The position numbers were made by a program, and so were the translations under genes. Positions 17,044 through 25,764 of a stretch of DNA of 52,808 bases are shown piece after piece. The notes beneath the pieces are model-generated. The model saw only the letters and a list, made by a program, of their open reading frames with translations. It was not told the DNA's origin and searched no databases. Every line of letters starts with the position of its first letter. The first letter of the stretch is position 1. Origin of the DNA: Polyangia bacterium (lineage in GTDB: Bacteria > Myxococcota_A > Polyangia > Fen-1088); contig DATKEU010000418.1 in the NCBI GenBank assembly GCA_035544495.1, positions 1 through 52,808 on the forward strand, read 5' to 3'.

Positions 17044-18822
17044 ATGTGGAGTGAGCCGCGTTTTTCAATCACCGGGCTGGCGATCGTGCTGGCGGCCGTG
17101 GGTGCGCTTGGTTGCGGCAAGGGCTGGGGCGGGCGCTGCGCGGCCGGCGACGACTGTCTCTACTCGCGCGACGAGTGGACGCTGATCCAGTCGCTGGCCA
17201 ACGTATCGAAGGACCCGCCACCCGCCGACGATTCGAACGAGCTGCTCGCGCGCGTGCTCAACGGTGATGCGGGAGGCGTGGCGGGGACGGACCAGATCCG
17301 AGCCGTTTGGGACGGCGTCCAGGCGGCGAGCAGCTCCGACGAATTGCCAGCCATCGTCCGCCTCGGCTGGCGCCTCTATCACGATCCGCGATTCTCCGGC
17401 GACGGCAACACGCCCAAGGACTCTGTCGGACGCGAGACCCTCCCGCCGCGCGGCACCGGGCAGATTGGCGTCTCCTGCGCCTCCTGCCACGATCCGGCCC
17501 GCTATGGCGCGGATTTCACCTCGCTGCCGCCGAACGTATCGAACGGCGCCGGCTACTACGACGTCAACGGGCAGCAGACTCTGAACGTCGCCCGATTCTT
17601 CCCGGTCTATTACTGGAACGGGCGCGCCGATTCGCTGTGGTCGCAGGCCGCGCAGGTGATGGAGAGCGCGGTCTCGATGCACGGGCGCCGGGAGAAGACG
17701 CTGTGGCTGATCGCGCAGTGCTATTCGAACACCCTGGATTTCGTCCAGGCATTCGCCGACGAACCGGACATGCGGCCGTCAATCGATCACGTCACGATCG
17801 ACGAGATCACGGCGGCGGCCCCCTTCTTCGTCGTGCCGTCGCCGGCGATGGCCACGACCGTCGAATTCCAGAATAGCTACAGCCTGGCGCGGACCTGCAA
17901 TTCAAGGATCGCGAATGACCTGGCCGAGCGCGTGCATCGGAAGGTCGCCAAGGCGATCGCGGCGTACGAGTGGTTTCTGACCAGCGACGGCTCGCGCTTC
18001 GATCGCTTCGTCGCGGCCGGACCATCGTCAGCGCTGTTGACGGCGTCGGAAAGGCGCGGGCTCAAGCTGTTCGTCGGCCACGCGGGCTGCGTGAACTGTC
18101 ACAACACCAGCCTGTTCTCCGACCGCAAGTTCCACAACATCGGCGTGGGTCAGACCGGCGATCACGTGCCGACGGTGGCGGTCTGCACCAAGGGCCGGGA
18201 CTGCGACTGCAGCCCGACCGCGCCGCCTGGCGACGACGGGGGCGTGCCGGACGCGGGTGCGACAGGCGCCCCCGACAGCCTGGCCGTGGGCGGCAAGTGC
18301 CTGCCAGCGGGGGCCTATGCCGGTATGCAGAGGCTGCACGCGGACAACACCGTCGACAAGATGTCCCCTACCATCTTCCGCCGTTGCTCCGATCCCGGCG
18401 ATCCCCAGCAACGCTACGGCTGCCAGGTCGAGAACGGACCCAACGACTATCCCAACCCCGGCGTCGACCGCCCGCCGGCCCGCTGGCTGGGGGCGTGGCG
18501 CACGCCCAGCCTGCGCGACGTCGCCATGACCGCGCCATACATGCACGACGGGTCGCTGGAATCGCTCTCCGACGTGGTCTGGCACTATGACCAGGCCGCG
18601 GCCGGTGAGGGGATGGGGACATCCGAGCTGGCGCCGCTGAACCTCACCCAGCAAGATCGCGCGGATCTGGTGGCGTTCCTCGGCACGCTGACGGGACAAC
18701 CGGGCCCTTCGCTGCTCGTGTCTCCGCCCGACGCGGCGCCCAGCTGCCCGGCCGTCGCTGTCGACGCCGGTCCCAGTTGCGCAAACGACGCCGGCTCGGA
18801 CGCCGGGACGGACGGTCCGTGA
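17044..18822 (+). CDS. Di-haem cytochrome c peroxidase / MauG-family lipoprotein with a Cys-rich insertion
   Basis: There are two CxxCH motifs: 'CASCH' at 17475-17489 and 'CVNCH' at 18088-18102. Family boxes 'LFSDRKFHNIGV' and 'WRTPSLRDVAMTAPYMHDGS' are present. Lipoprotein signal 'LAAVGALGC'. Confidence 0.8.
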   Translation: MWSEPRFSITGLAIVLAAVGALGCGKGWGGRCAAGDDCLYSRDEWTLIQSLANVSKDPPPADDSNELLARVLNGDAGGVAGTDQIRAVWDGVQAASSSDELPAIVRLGWRLYHDPRFSGDGNTPKDSVGRETLPPRGTGQIGVSCASCHDPARYGADFTSLPPNVSNGAGYYDVNGQQTLNVARFFPVYYWNGRADSLWSQAAQVMESAVSMHGRREKTLWLIAQCYSNTLDFVQAFADEPDMRPSIDHVTIDEITAAAPFFVVPSPAMATTVEFQNSYSLARTCNSRIANDLAERVHRKVAKAIAAYEWFLTSDGSRFDRFVAAGPSSALLTASERRGLKLFVGHAGCVNCHNTSLFSDRKFHNIGVGQTGDHVPTVAVCTKGRDCDCSPTAPPGDDGGVPDAGATGAPDSLAVGGKCLPAGAYAGMQRLHADNTVDKMSPTIFRRCSDPGDPQQRYGCQVENGPNDYPNPGVDRPPARWLGAWRTPSLRDVAMTAPYMHDGSLESLSDVVWHYDQAAAGEGMGTSELAPLNLTQQDRADLVAFLGTLTGQPGPSLLVSPPDAAPSCPAVAVDAGPSCANDAGSDAGTDGP

Positions 18823-20183
18823 GGCGCCGGCCGACAGCGCCGTTGCCGGCCGGTCGCCCGACGGCGCTGGCCGTCGTGGCGGTTCTCATCGCGGCCGGCG
18901 CCGGGCGGGCGGCGCACGCGCAACGATCGCCGCCGCCCCTTCCACCGCCTGCTGCTCCGGCCTTCGCCGAGGATTCGACCCCGCCCGAGGAAGACCCGCT
19001 GGCGGCGCAGATCCGCCAGAACGAGGAGCTGGCGGCACGCCGCCGCCCGACGGTGACTTTGAACGGCTACGTCGACTTCGGGTTCTACGCCGTCGAGGGC
19101 GACGGCAGCGGCGTGCGCCAGGATGTGCTGCACACGTATCCTGGGTACCCGGGCTACGCGTGGGTGTTCCCGGGCGACCTGCTGGCACCCGCGATCAACA
19201 CGCGCGGCGAGGTGGCGAACCTGGGTGACCTGCCCGGCGTCGATCGCTATGACCCGATCCACTCCGGCGCGCCGGGCTTCATCGTCAACGAGCTCAACCT
19301 GCGGCTGCGCGCATCCCCGGTGCCCACCGCGATCATCACCGGCAGCTTGAACTTCACGCCCCGCACCGGCGGCAACTTCGCGCTGGGCGACATGTTCGAC
19401 GTCGATCTGGCGCAGCTGGAATGGCTGCCCACGGAATCGCAGCGCACGTCGATCTTCGTCGGCAAGATCGAGTCGGTGCTGGGGATCGAGTATCGCCAGC
19501 GCAAGTCCGACCAGCGCTTCGGCGTCACCCCGTCGCTGATCGCGCGCTATACCACCGGCACCGCGCTGGGGGTCAAGGTGCGCAGCAAGTTCGGCGACGA
19601 CGACTGGCTGGTGATCGCCGCCGCGCTGACCAATGGGTCGAACACCACGGAGCAGTTTTTCTTCTACGACGAGACCGCCCGCCACGCCTGGAAGACCGGC
19701 AGCGCGCGTCTCTCGGTCCGCCTGCCCCTGCCCTTCACGCTGGAGCTGGGCGCGTCGGGCAGCTACGGCGCCCAGGACCGCACCAGCAGCGATCAGCACC
19801 GGATGTGGTTCGCGGGGATCGACCTTCAGGCTCACGTTGGCCCGGTCGACGTGCTGGCGCAGTGGCTGACGGGCCGCGCGCCGGGCGACGTGACCGAGAA
19901 CGCCTACTCGCTGGACTTGCACGGCGGCGGATACGTCGAGGTCCACGCCATGCTGACGTCCTCGTGGGGCGTGCTGGGCAGCGTCGGCTATCGCAGCGCG
20001 GACATCACGCTGCCCACGACGCGGGCGTATCCCAGCCGGAACTGGCGCGGCACCGTCGGCGTGCGCTGGATGATCGACACCTGGGCGATATTGAAGGCAG
20101 AATATCTGCACAACGGCGAGTACGGCGACGTCCCCACCATCCCCGACGACGTCTTCACCAGCAGCCTGGTGCTGACCTATTGA
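18819..20183 (+). CDS. Porin-like outer-membrane beta-barrel protein (family not identified)
   Basis: GTG 18819 overlaps the peroxidase stop as GTGA (18819-18822). Signal 'RRRPTAPLPAGRPTALAVVAVLIAAGAGRAAHA'. Many short amphipathic strands are present, and the C-terminus is aromatic ('...FTSSLVLTY'). Confidence 0.5.
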   Translation: MRRRPTAPLPAGRPTALAVVAVLIAAGAGRAAHAQRSPPPLPPPAAPAFAEDSTPPEEDPLAAQIRQNEELAARRRPTVTLNGYVDFGFYAVEGDGSGVRQDVLHTYPGYPGYAWVFPGDLLAPAINTRGEVANLGDLPGVDRYDPIHSGAPGFIVNELNLRLRASPVPTAIITGSLNFTPRTGGNFALGDMFDVDLAQLEWLPTESQRTSIFVGKIESVLGIEYRQRKSDQRFGVTPSLIARYTTGTALGVKVRSKFGDDDWLVIAAALTNGSNTTEQFFFYDETARHAWKTGSARLSVRLPLPFTLELGASGSYGAQDRTSSDQHRMWFAGIDLQAHVGPVDVLAQWLTGRAPGDVTENAYSLDLHGGGYVEVHAMLTSSWGVLGSVGYRSADITLPTTRAYPSRNWRGTVGVRWMIDTWAILKAEYLHNGEYGDVPTIPDDVFTSSLVLTY

Positions 20184-20200
20184 ACCCGAAAGGACCACGG

Positions 20201-21109
20201 ATGAAACATCGGCGCTGGATCGGGGGGCTGTCGCTGCTGGCCTGGCTGGCCTCGCCCCTGGCGCCGGCGCAGGCCGCGGACGCCGCGCCCACCGCCGCCG
20301 ACATCACGCGCCTGGATGGGGAGATCGCGCGCCTGCAACAGGAGCTGCGCGACCAGCGCCAGCTGGTGCTGCAGCTGATGCAGATGCAGGAAGCCTTGAT
20401 GCACTACCTGCACGCCGGGGGGCCCCCGCCAGGACCGCTGCCGTCCGTGCCCGGCGCGGCCCCCTCCGCGACGCCGCCATCGGGACCGGGCGTGGCCAAG
20501 GCGGGAGCGCCCGACCGGGCCGCCCTCAATCCGACCGCCTCCGTCACGGGCCGGATCCAGATCAGCGGGAAATTTCCCGCCGAGGCGTACGTTTACCTGG
20601 AGGGACCCCGTGCCGTCAGCGCCCACCCTCCCACCATCGAGATCAAGCAGAAAGACCGCCAGTTCGTGCCGGCCGTGGCGGTGGTGCCGCTGGGGGCGCA
20701 CGTGCTGTTCCCCAACCAGGACCTCATCCTTCACAACGTCTTCTCCAACACGCCCGGCGACGCGTTCGACGCTGGACCGGTCAAGGCCGGACAGACGCCG
20801 AAGCCGGTCACGCTGCTCAAACCCGGGCACGTCGAGATCTTTTGCAACATCCACTCGCGCATGCGGGCGGACGTGCTGGTGGTGCCGAACGCGCACTATA
20901 CGCGGGTGCGCCCCGATGGGACCTTTCACCTGCCCGGCGTTCCGGTCGGCAGCCGCCGCATCGTCCTGTGGGCCCCCGACATCAAGCCTGTCGCGCAGAC
21001 GGTGGAGGTATCGCCCGACGGTGCCACCGTGAACCTGACGGCCGAGCGGCGGCCCTCGTCGCCGCACACCAACAAGCAAGGGGGCGCCTACGGCTCGTAT
21101 GAGGACTGA
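20201..21109 (+). CDS. Periplasmic cupredoxin-like (amicyanin-type ligand pattern) protein with an N-terminal coiled coil and a C-terminal CarboxypepD_reg-like domain
   Basis: Sec signal 'MKHRRWIGGLSLLAWLASPLAPAQA'. Coiled coil 'ITRLDGEIARLQQELRDQRQLVLQLMQMQ'. 'VLFPNQDLILHNVFS' and 'HVEIFCNIHSRM' give His ... Cys-x2-His-x2-Met, as in amicyanin 'PHNV ... CTPHPFM'. A beta-sandwich follows ('VRPDGTFHLPGVPVGSRRIVLWAP'). Confidence 0.65.
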   Translation: MKHRRWIGGLSLLAWLASPLAPAQAADAAPTAADITRLDGEIARLQQELRDQRQLVLQLMQMQEALMHYLHAGGPPPGPLPSVPGAAPSATPPSGPGVAKAGAPDRAALNPTASVTGRIQISGKFPAEAYVYLEGPRAVSAHPPTIEIKQKDRQFVPAVAVVPLGAHVLFPNQDLILHNVFSNTPGDAFDAGPVKAGQTPKPVTLLKPGHVEIFCNIHSRMRADVLVVPNAHYTRVRPDGTFHLPGVPVGSRRIVLWAPDIKPVAQTVEVSPDGATVNLTAERRPSSPHTNKQGGAYGSYED

Positions 21110-23165
21110 CGGCGCGCGCCCCTCGCCGCTGCGATACGCGGTGATCTTGGCCGGCCTGGGGCTGGTGGGCGTGGGCCTGTGGCAACTGGCAGCCCGGCGC
21201 CCGCCCCCGGTCGACGTCGAGAGCGAGGCGGCCGAGGTTCGGACGCGCGTCGAGCACGCCCTGCGCGCGGCGGCCGCTGGTCTCGAGCCCGCCGCCCGGA
21301 CCGCCGCCGGCCTTCCGGAGCTGCGCTCTGCCTGGAAGATGGGCGCCGATCGGACGACGTTTCAGGACCTGATCGACAACGAGGATTGGTGGTCGCCGTA
21401 CCGCTCCGGCTTCACGCTCTCCGCCATCGTCACCGACGGCGGCGTGGTGGCGACGCGCGGGGCCCACGTCAGCGACGCCAGCGCCAGCGCGCTGGTCACG
21501 GAGGCGCGGGCGCGCGGCGTGGCGAGCGGCGTGGTCGACAGCGCGGAGGGCCGGGCGTTCATCAGCGCGGCCGCGCGCCTGGCGCCGGGCAAGGCCGGCA
21601 ACGACCAGGCGACCGGCGCCCTTCCGGTCGTGTTGCTGGGCGCGCCGCTGGATCAGGCCGTCCTGCAGCGCGCGGCGGGCGAGACCGGTGACGTCGTCGG
21701 CCTGTCGAATGGCGCCGCGCTGATAGCGGTCAGTGGTCCATCGGCGGCGCGCGCCCTGGCCGAGCCGTTGATCGGACACGAGCGCGACGGCCCGCGGTCG
21801 CTAGCCGACGGGCGGATCGCCGCCGTTTGGCAGCTGGGCCAGCGCGCGTGGCTGATCGCCGTCTCGCCGCCCTCTGCAGCGGCGCCGCGCGACCTGGGCG
21901 GCTTGTGGCTGGCGCTGGCCGGCGCCGCGATGGCGGTGGCGGCGGCGCTGCTCCGCCGGAGGCCGGCGCAGGAGACACCCGAAGCAGGCGCGCCGGTGCC
22001 TGGCCCGGAGCCTTCGGAGAGCTCCTGGCCCGCGCAACGCTCGTCGTCGGTGCCGACCTCGTCCGGCCGCGCGGCCGCGGCGCGGCCAGTCTCCGAGACG
22101 CGAGCGCTGCCGACCGCCCTGGCCAACGAAGACAACCGGGATAGCGGCGGCGACCGGGCGAGCCCCTCCTCGGTGGCCCTGGCGGCCCAGGAGCCGGCGG
22201 CGTCCGGCGGCCCGATCCGCATGGGCCGGTATCGCCTGATCGAACGCATCGGCGAGGGCGGCATGGCCGAGATCTTCTTCGCCGCCGCCTACGGCGCCGA
22301 GAACTTCGTGCGGCACTTCGTGGTCAAGCGGATGCACCCGCACCTGTCCGGCAACCGCGAAGTCGTCAACCAGTTCATCGACGAGGCGCGGTTGCAGGCG
22401 GGCCTGGTGCATTCGAACATCGTGCCCGTGTTCGACTTCGGCAAGGCCGGCCAGGAGTACTACCTGGCCCTGGAGTACATCCACGGCCGGGATCTCGGTC
22501 GCATCGTGCAACGGCACGTCGAGCTGCGCGGCGTGCCTCTGCCGGACGCCATCGCCTTCTACATCGTGCACGAGGTGCTGGACGCGCTGGCCTTCGCGCA
22601 CGCGCAGACCGGCCCCGACGGACGGCCGATGGAGATCGTCCACCGCGACGTCGCGCCCGGCAACATCCTGATCTCGTACCGCGGCGAGGTGAAGTTGACC
22701 GACTTCGGGATCGCCAAGGCCGAACGCCGGGTCAGCCGCACCGAGGTCGGGATGGTCAAGGGCAACGCCAGCTTCATGTCGCCGGAGCAGGCGCGCGGCG
22801 AGATCGTCGACGCGCGCAGCGACGTCTTTTCGGCCGGGCTCGTGCTGTTCTACGCGCTGACCGGGAGGTTCTTCTATCACGGCGAGACCACGCTGAACCG
22901 GCTGATGCGCGCCGCGGTCGGCCCGGCCACGGAGCAGTTCCAGCACATCGAGCAGCTCTCGCAGATGGCCGGCAACATCCTCCGGCGCGCGCTGGCCATC
23001 GACAGCAGCCAGCGCTTCGCCACCGCCGACGCCTTCAAGCGCGATCTGGCCCCGTACGTCGGCGCCGGGACGCGCCGCGAGCTGGCCGACCTGATGGACG
23101 CGCTGTTCCCGACGTCGCAGCGGCGCGATCTGCGCGCGCAGCCCGAACAGCCGACCACGCGCTGA
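21099..23165 (+). CDS. Receptor-type Hanks Ser/Thr protein kinase: TM, extracytoplasmic domain, TM, linker, kinase
   Basis: ATG 21099 overlaps the cupredoxin gene by 11 nt. TM1 is 'YAVILAGLGLVGVGLWQL' and TM2 is 'LGGLWLALAGAAMAVAAALL'. Kinase motifs are 'IGEGGMAEIF', 'FVVKRM', 'HRDVAPGNIL', 'LTDFGIAK' and 'SFMSPEQ'. Confidence 0.85.
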   Translation: MRTDGARPSPLRYAVILAGLGLVGVGLWQLAARRPPPVDVESEAAEVRTRVEHALRAAAAGLEPAARTAAGLPELRSAWKMGADRTTFQDLIDNEDWWSPYRSGFTLSAIVTDGGVVATRGAHVSDASASALVTEARARGVASGVVDSAEGRAFISAAARLAPGKAGNDQATGALPVVLLGAPLDQAVLQRAAGETGDVVGLSNGAALIAVSGPSAARALAEPLIGHERDGPRSLADGRIAAVWQLGQRAWLIAVSPPSAAAPRDLGGLWLALAGAAMAVAAALLRRRPAQETPEAGAPVPGPEPSESSWPAQRSSSVPTSSGRAAAARPVSETRALPTALANEDNRDSGGDRASPSSVALAAQEPAASGGPIRMGRYRLIERIGEGGMAEIFFAAAYGAENFVRHFVVKRMHPHLSGNREVVNQFIDEARLQAGLVHSNIVPVFDFGKAGQEYYLALEYIHGRDLGRIVQRHVELRGVPLPDAIAFYIVHEVLDALAFAHAQTGPDGRPMEIVHRDVAPGNILISYRGEVKLTDFGIAKAERRVSRTEVGMVKGNASFMSPEQARGEIVDARSDVFSAGLVLFYALTGRFFYHGETTLNRLMRAAVGPATEQFQHIEQLSQMAGNILRRALAIDSSQRFATADAFKRDLAPYVGAGTRRELADLMDALFPTSQRRDLRAQPEQPTTR

Positions 23166-23174
23166 CGACCGCGC

Positions 23175-25556
23175 TCAGTTGCCGGTGATCGTCACCGTGT
23201 CGGTCACCATCTTGCCGTTCACCATCGCCGTCGCCTGCAGCGTGTTGGCGCCCGCGCCCAGCATGACACCGGGCCAGATGAAGATGTGGTCGGTCGCCGT
23301 CTTCGCCGGCTGCGCCGTGCCGTTCACGGTCAGGTTGGCCGCCGTTCCGTTCGAGTAGACCTTGACCTGGTACATCCCGGCCGGCCGCGTCGCCCAGCGC
23401 CGTTCGGTGATGTACACGAACGGCTCCGACGACCAGTTCGCCTTGTAGAAGAAGAAGGCGTCCTTCTTCGTCTTGCGGTCGTACGTCACCAGGCCCTTGT
23501 CGTTGCGGCCGGGCGTGTCGCCCTCGTTGCGGCTGTCGACGGCGAAGTCGAACAGGTTCCACAGCAGCGATCCCCACAAGAAAGGCCGCGTGCTGATCGC
23601 CTTCCAGTGAATCTCGTGGAGCAGGCACTGGTACTCCTCGGAGTGATCCATCACCTTGGGAGTGGCCGTGTGGATGGTGATGCCGGCGCCGGCGCCGTAC
23701 TCGCTGATCCCGAGCGGCCGCCCCGCCACCGCGTGGGCCGCGTCGACGTCGCCCGCGAACTGCGCCGCCGTGCCGCCGTACCAGCCAAAGTAGCGGTTGA
23801 TGCCCAAGAGATTGGTCGTCTTGGTGATCGCCCCGTTGGGGGCGTGGTTGGTCGCCAGCGTCGTCGGCCGCGACGGGTCCTCCGTGTGGGCCAGCGTGGC
23901 CATGTCGGTCATCAGCGGGACCACGGGCGCGCCGTCGGCCACCTCGTTGCTGAGGCTCCACATCACGATCGCCGGGTGGTTGGCGCTCTGGCGGATGAGC
24001 TCGGTCAGCTGTTGCTTGGCGTTGTTGGCGAAGGCCGCGCCCGCGGTGACGGAGTTCACCACCGGCACCTCCGCCCACACGATCACGCCGTTGCGATCGC
24101 ACAGGTCGTAGAAATGCTGGGCGTGCTGATAGTGCGCCAGGCGCAGCGCCGTCGCGCCCAGATCGCGCACGATGGCCATGTCCTCGTCGAGATCGGCGTC
24201 CGTGACCGCCCAGCCCTTGTTCAGCCGATCCTGGTGCTTGTTGGCGCCGTAGAGGCCCAGGTGCGCGCCGTTCAGCGAGAAGCCGGTGTTCTCGTCGAAG
24301 GTGAAGAACCGCAGGCCCAGCGGCTCCTCGACACCGTCGACGACGGCGCCGCCGACCTTGACGTCGACCTGCAGCCGGTAAAGGTACGGATCAGCCAGGC
24401 CGTTCCACAGGTGCGGGTTGGCGAACGTCAGGTTCACGGTCGCGTCGGTCGTGGCCCCCGCCGCCACCATCACGTCAGCGCTGCCCATCTGCGCGACGCT
24501 GCCGTCGGCGGCCACCGCGCGCACCGCGACGGTGGCCGTGGCCGCCGCGGCGCCGGCGTTGGTCACCGACGCGCGCACGGCCAGGTTCGCGCTCTGCTTG
24601 CTGACGTTGCTGGGCGTGCCCAGCACGCCCGACGAGCCGAAGTGGTCCAGGTCCAGGTGAACCGGGTCCACGCTGACCACGCGCGCCTGCCGATAGAGCC
24701 CGCCGAAGAAGGTGAAGTCCGCCGACACGGGGGGAATATTCGCCGACAGCGCGGCGGCGTTGCTGACCTGCACGGCGACGACGTTGTCGGCGCCGATCTT
24801 CAGCTTGTCGGTGACGTCGAAACGAAAGCGGGCGAAGCCGCCCTGGTGCTGCCCCGCCATCATGCCGTTGACGAACACGGTCGTGGCGATGTTGGCGCCG
24901 TCGAACTCGACGTATAGGCGCCGGCCGGCCTCGGCGGCGGGGATCATGACGTGCGTCCGGTACCAGCCGATGCCGCGGTAGTAATTGCTGCCGCCGTCCT
25001 GGCCGTCCATGTTGTTCCAGGTGTGCGGCAGCGAGGTGGCCGTCCAGGCGCTGTCGTCGAAGGCCGTCGCCTGCGCGCCGGCGACGTCCATCCTGATGAA
25101 CTTCCACCCGTCGGTGAGGGCGATGGTCCGCCGCGAGGTGGTCTCGGGCGGGACGGACACCGGTACGTCGGCGCCTGCGTCCGGGGGGCCTCCGTCCAGG
25201 GCAGGCGCGCCGCCGCTGCCAGGCCCCACGTTGTTGCCGCCACTGCCGCCGACGGCGTTGCCGCCAGCGCCACCCTCCACGTTGTTGCCGCCGCTGCCGG
25301 GCGCCACGTTGTCGCCGCCGCTGCCGCCGGCGGCGTTGCCACCGCCGCTGCCACTGCCACTGCCGCCCGCGCCTCCGCCGCCCGCGCCCCCGCTGCCGCC
25401 GCCCATCGTTGCTCCGGCGCCGCCCGAGCCCCCGCCGCTGGAATTGCTGCTGTCGCCGCCACACGCCAAGAACCCCGCGACCCCCAGCAACGCAGCCCAC
25501 CCGCCGACCGCCCGGACCCGCACCCGCAGCCGCACCGATCGAAGATTCGCCATCAT
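23175..25556 (-). CDS. Glycoside hydrolase family 2 lipoprotein (beta-galactosidase / beta-mannosidase / beta-glucuronidase type)
   Basis: ORF 23175..26105 is trimmed to ATG 25556, giving the lipoprotein signal 'MMANLRSVRLRVRVRAVGGWAALLGVAGFLAC' and an ~80-aa Gly-rich tether. The GH2 N-domain reads 'WTATSLPHTWN...YYRGIGWYRTHV...LYVEFDGANIATTVFVNGMMAGQHQGGFARFRFDVT'. The TIM barrel has 'HPAIVMWSLSNEV' (acid/base region) and 'PLGISEYGAGA' (nucleophile region). Confidence 0.85.
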   Translation of the reverse strand: MMANLRSVRLRVRVRAVGGWAALLGVAGFLACGGDSSNSSGGGSGGAGATMGGGSGGAGGGGAGGSGSGSGGGNAAGGSGGDNVAPGSGGNNVEGGAGGNAVGGSGGNNVGPGSGGAPALDGGPPDAGADVPVSVPPETTSRRTIALTDGWKFIRMDVAGAQATAFDDSAWTATSLPHTWNNMDGQDGGSNYYRGIGWYRTHVMIPAAEAGRRLYVEFDGANIATTVFVNGMMAGQHQGGFARFRFDVTDKLKIGADNVVAVQVSNAAALSANIPPVSADFTFFGGLYRQARVVSVDPVHLDLDHFGSSGVLGTPSNVSKQSANLAVRASVTNAGAAAATATVAVRAVAADGSVAQMGSADVMVAAGATTDATVNLTFANPHLWNGLADPYLYRLQVDVKVGGAVVDGVEEPLGLRFFTFDENTGFSLNGAHLGLYGANKHQDRLNKGWAVTDADLDEDMAIVRDLGATALRLAHYQHAQHFYDLCDRNGVIVWAEVPVVNSVTAGAAFANNAKQQLTELIRQSANHPAIVMWSLSNEVADGAPVVPLMTDMATLAHTEDPSRPTTLATNHAPNGAITKTTNLLGINRYFGWYGGTAAQFAGDVDAAHAVAGRPLGISEYGAGAGITIHTATPKVMDHSEEYQCLLHEIHWKAISTRPFLWGSLLWNLFDFAVDSRNEGDTPGRNDKGLVTYDRKTKKDAFFFYKANWSSEPFVYITERRWATRPAGMYQVKVYSNGTAANLTVNGTAQPAKTATDHIFIWPGVMLGAGANTLQATAMVNGKMVTDTVTITGN

Positions 25557-25764
25557 GGTCCCCCTCGAGCTGTTTAGAGTGTCTGAGGCCTTCGAAATCT
25601 TTCGCAACCCCAACGACGAGCGACCGGGACCTTCCTGCAGCCCGGCGCGCCGGTGCAGCAAATGACGGGCCTTCCTTAGCATGGCGCGTACAAGAGGGGA
25701 TAGGTTCGGCGCGTCGGGCTTTTGGCCATGGTCATGCCCGGCGGATTGGGTATTATCGCCGGCC

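Noticed and set aside
16365-18822. The idea that the 207-aa secreted protein plus the di-haem peroxidase form an MbnP/MbnH-type ('metallo-mystery pair') copper system.
   Set aside because: MbnP-family partners carry a conserved four-Cys motif. The 207-aa protein has only one Cys outside its signal peptide. The peroxidase subfamily cannot be assigned by eye, so this stays an open question for an HMM search rather than a claim.
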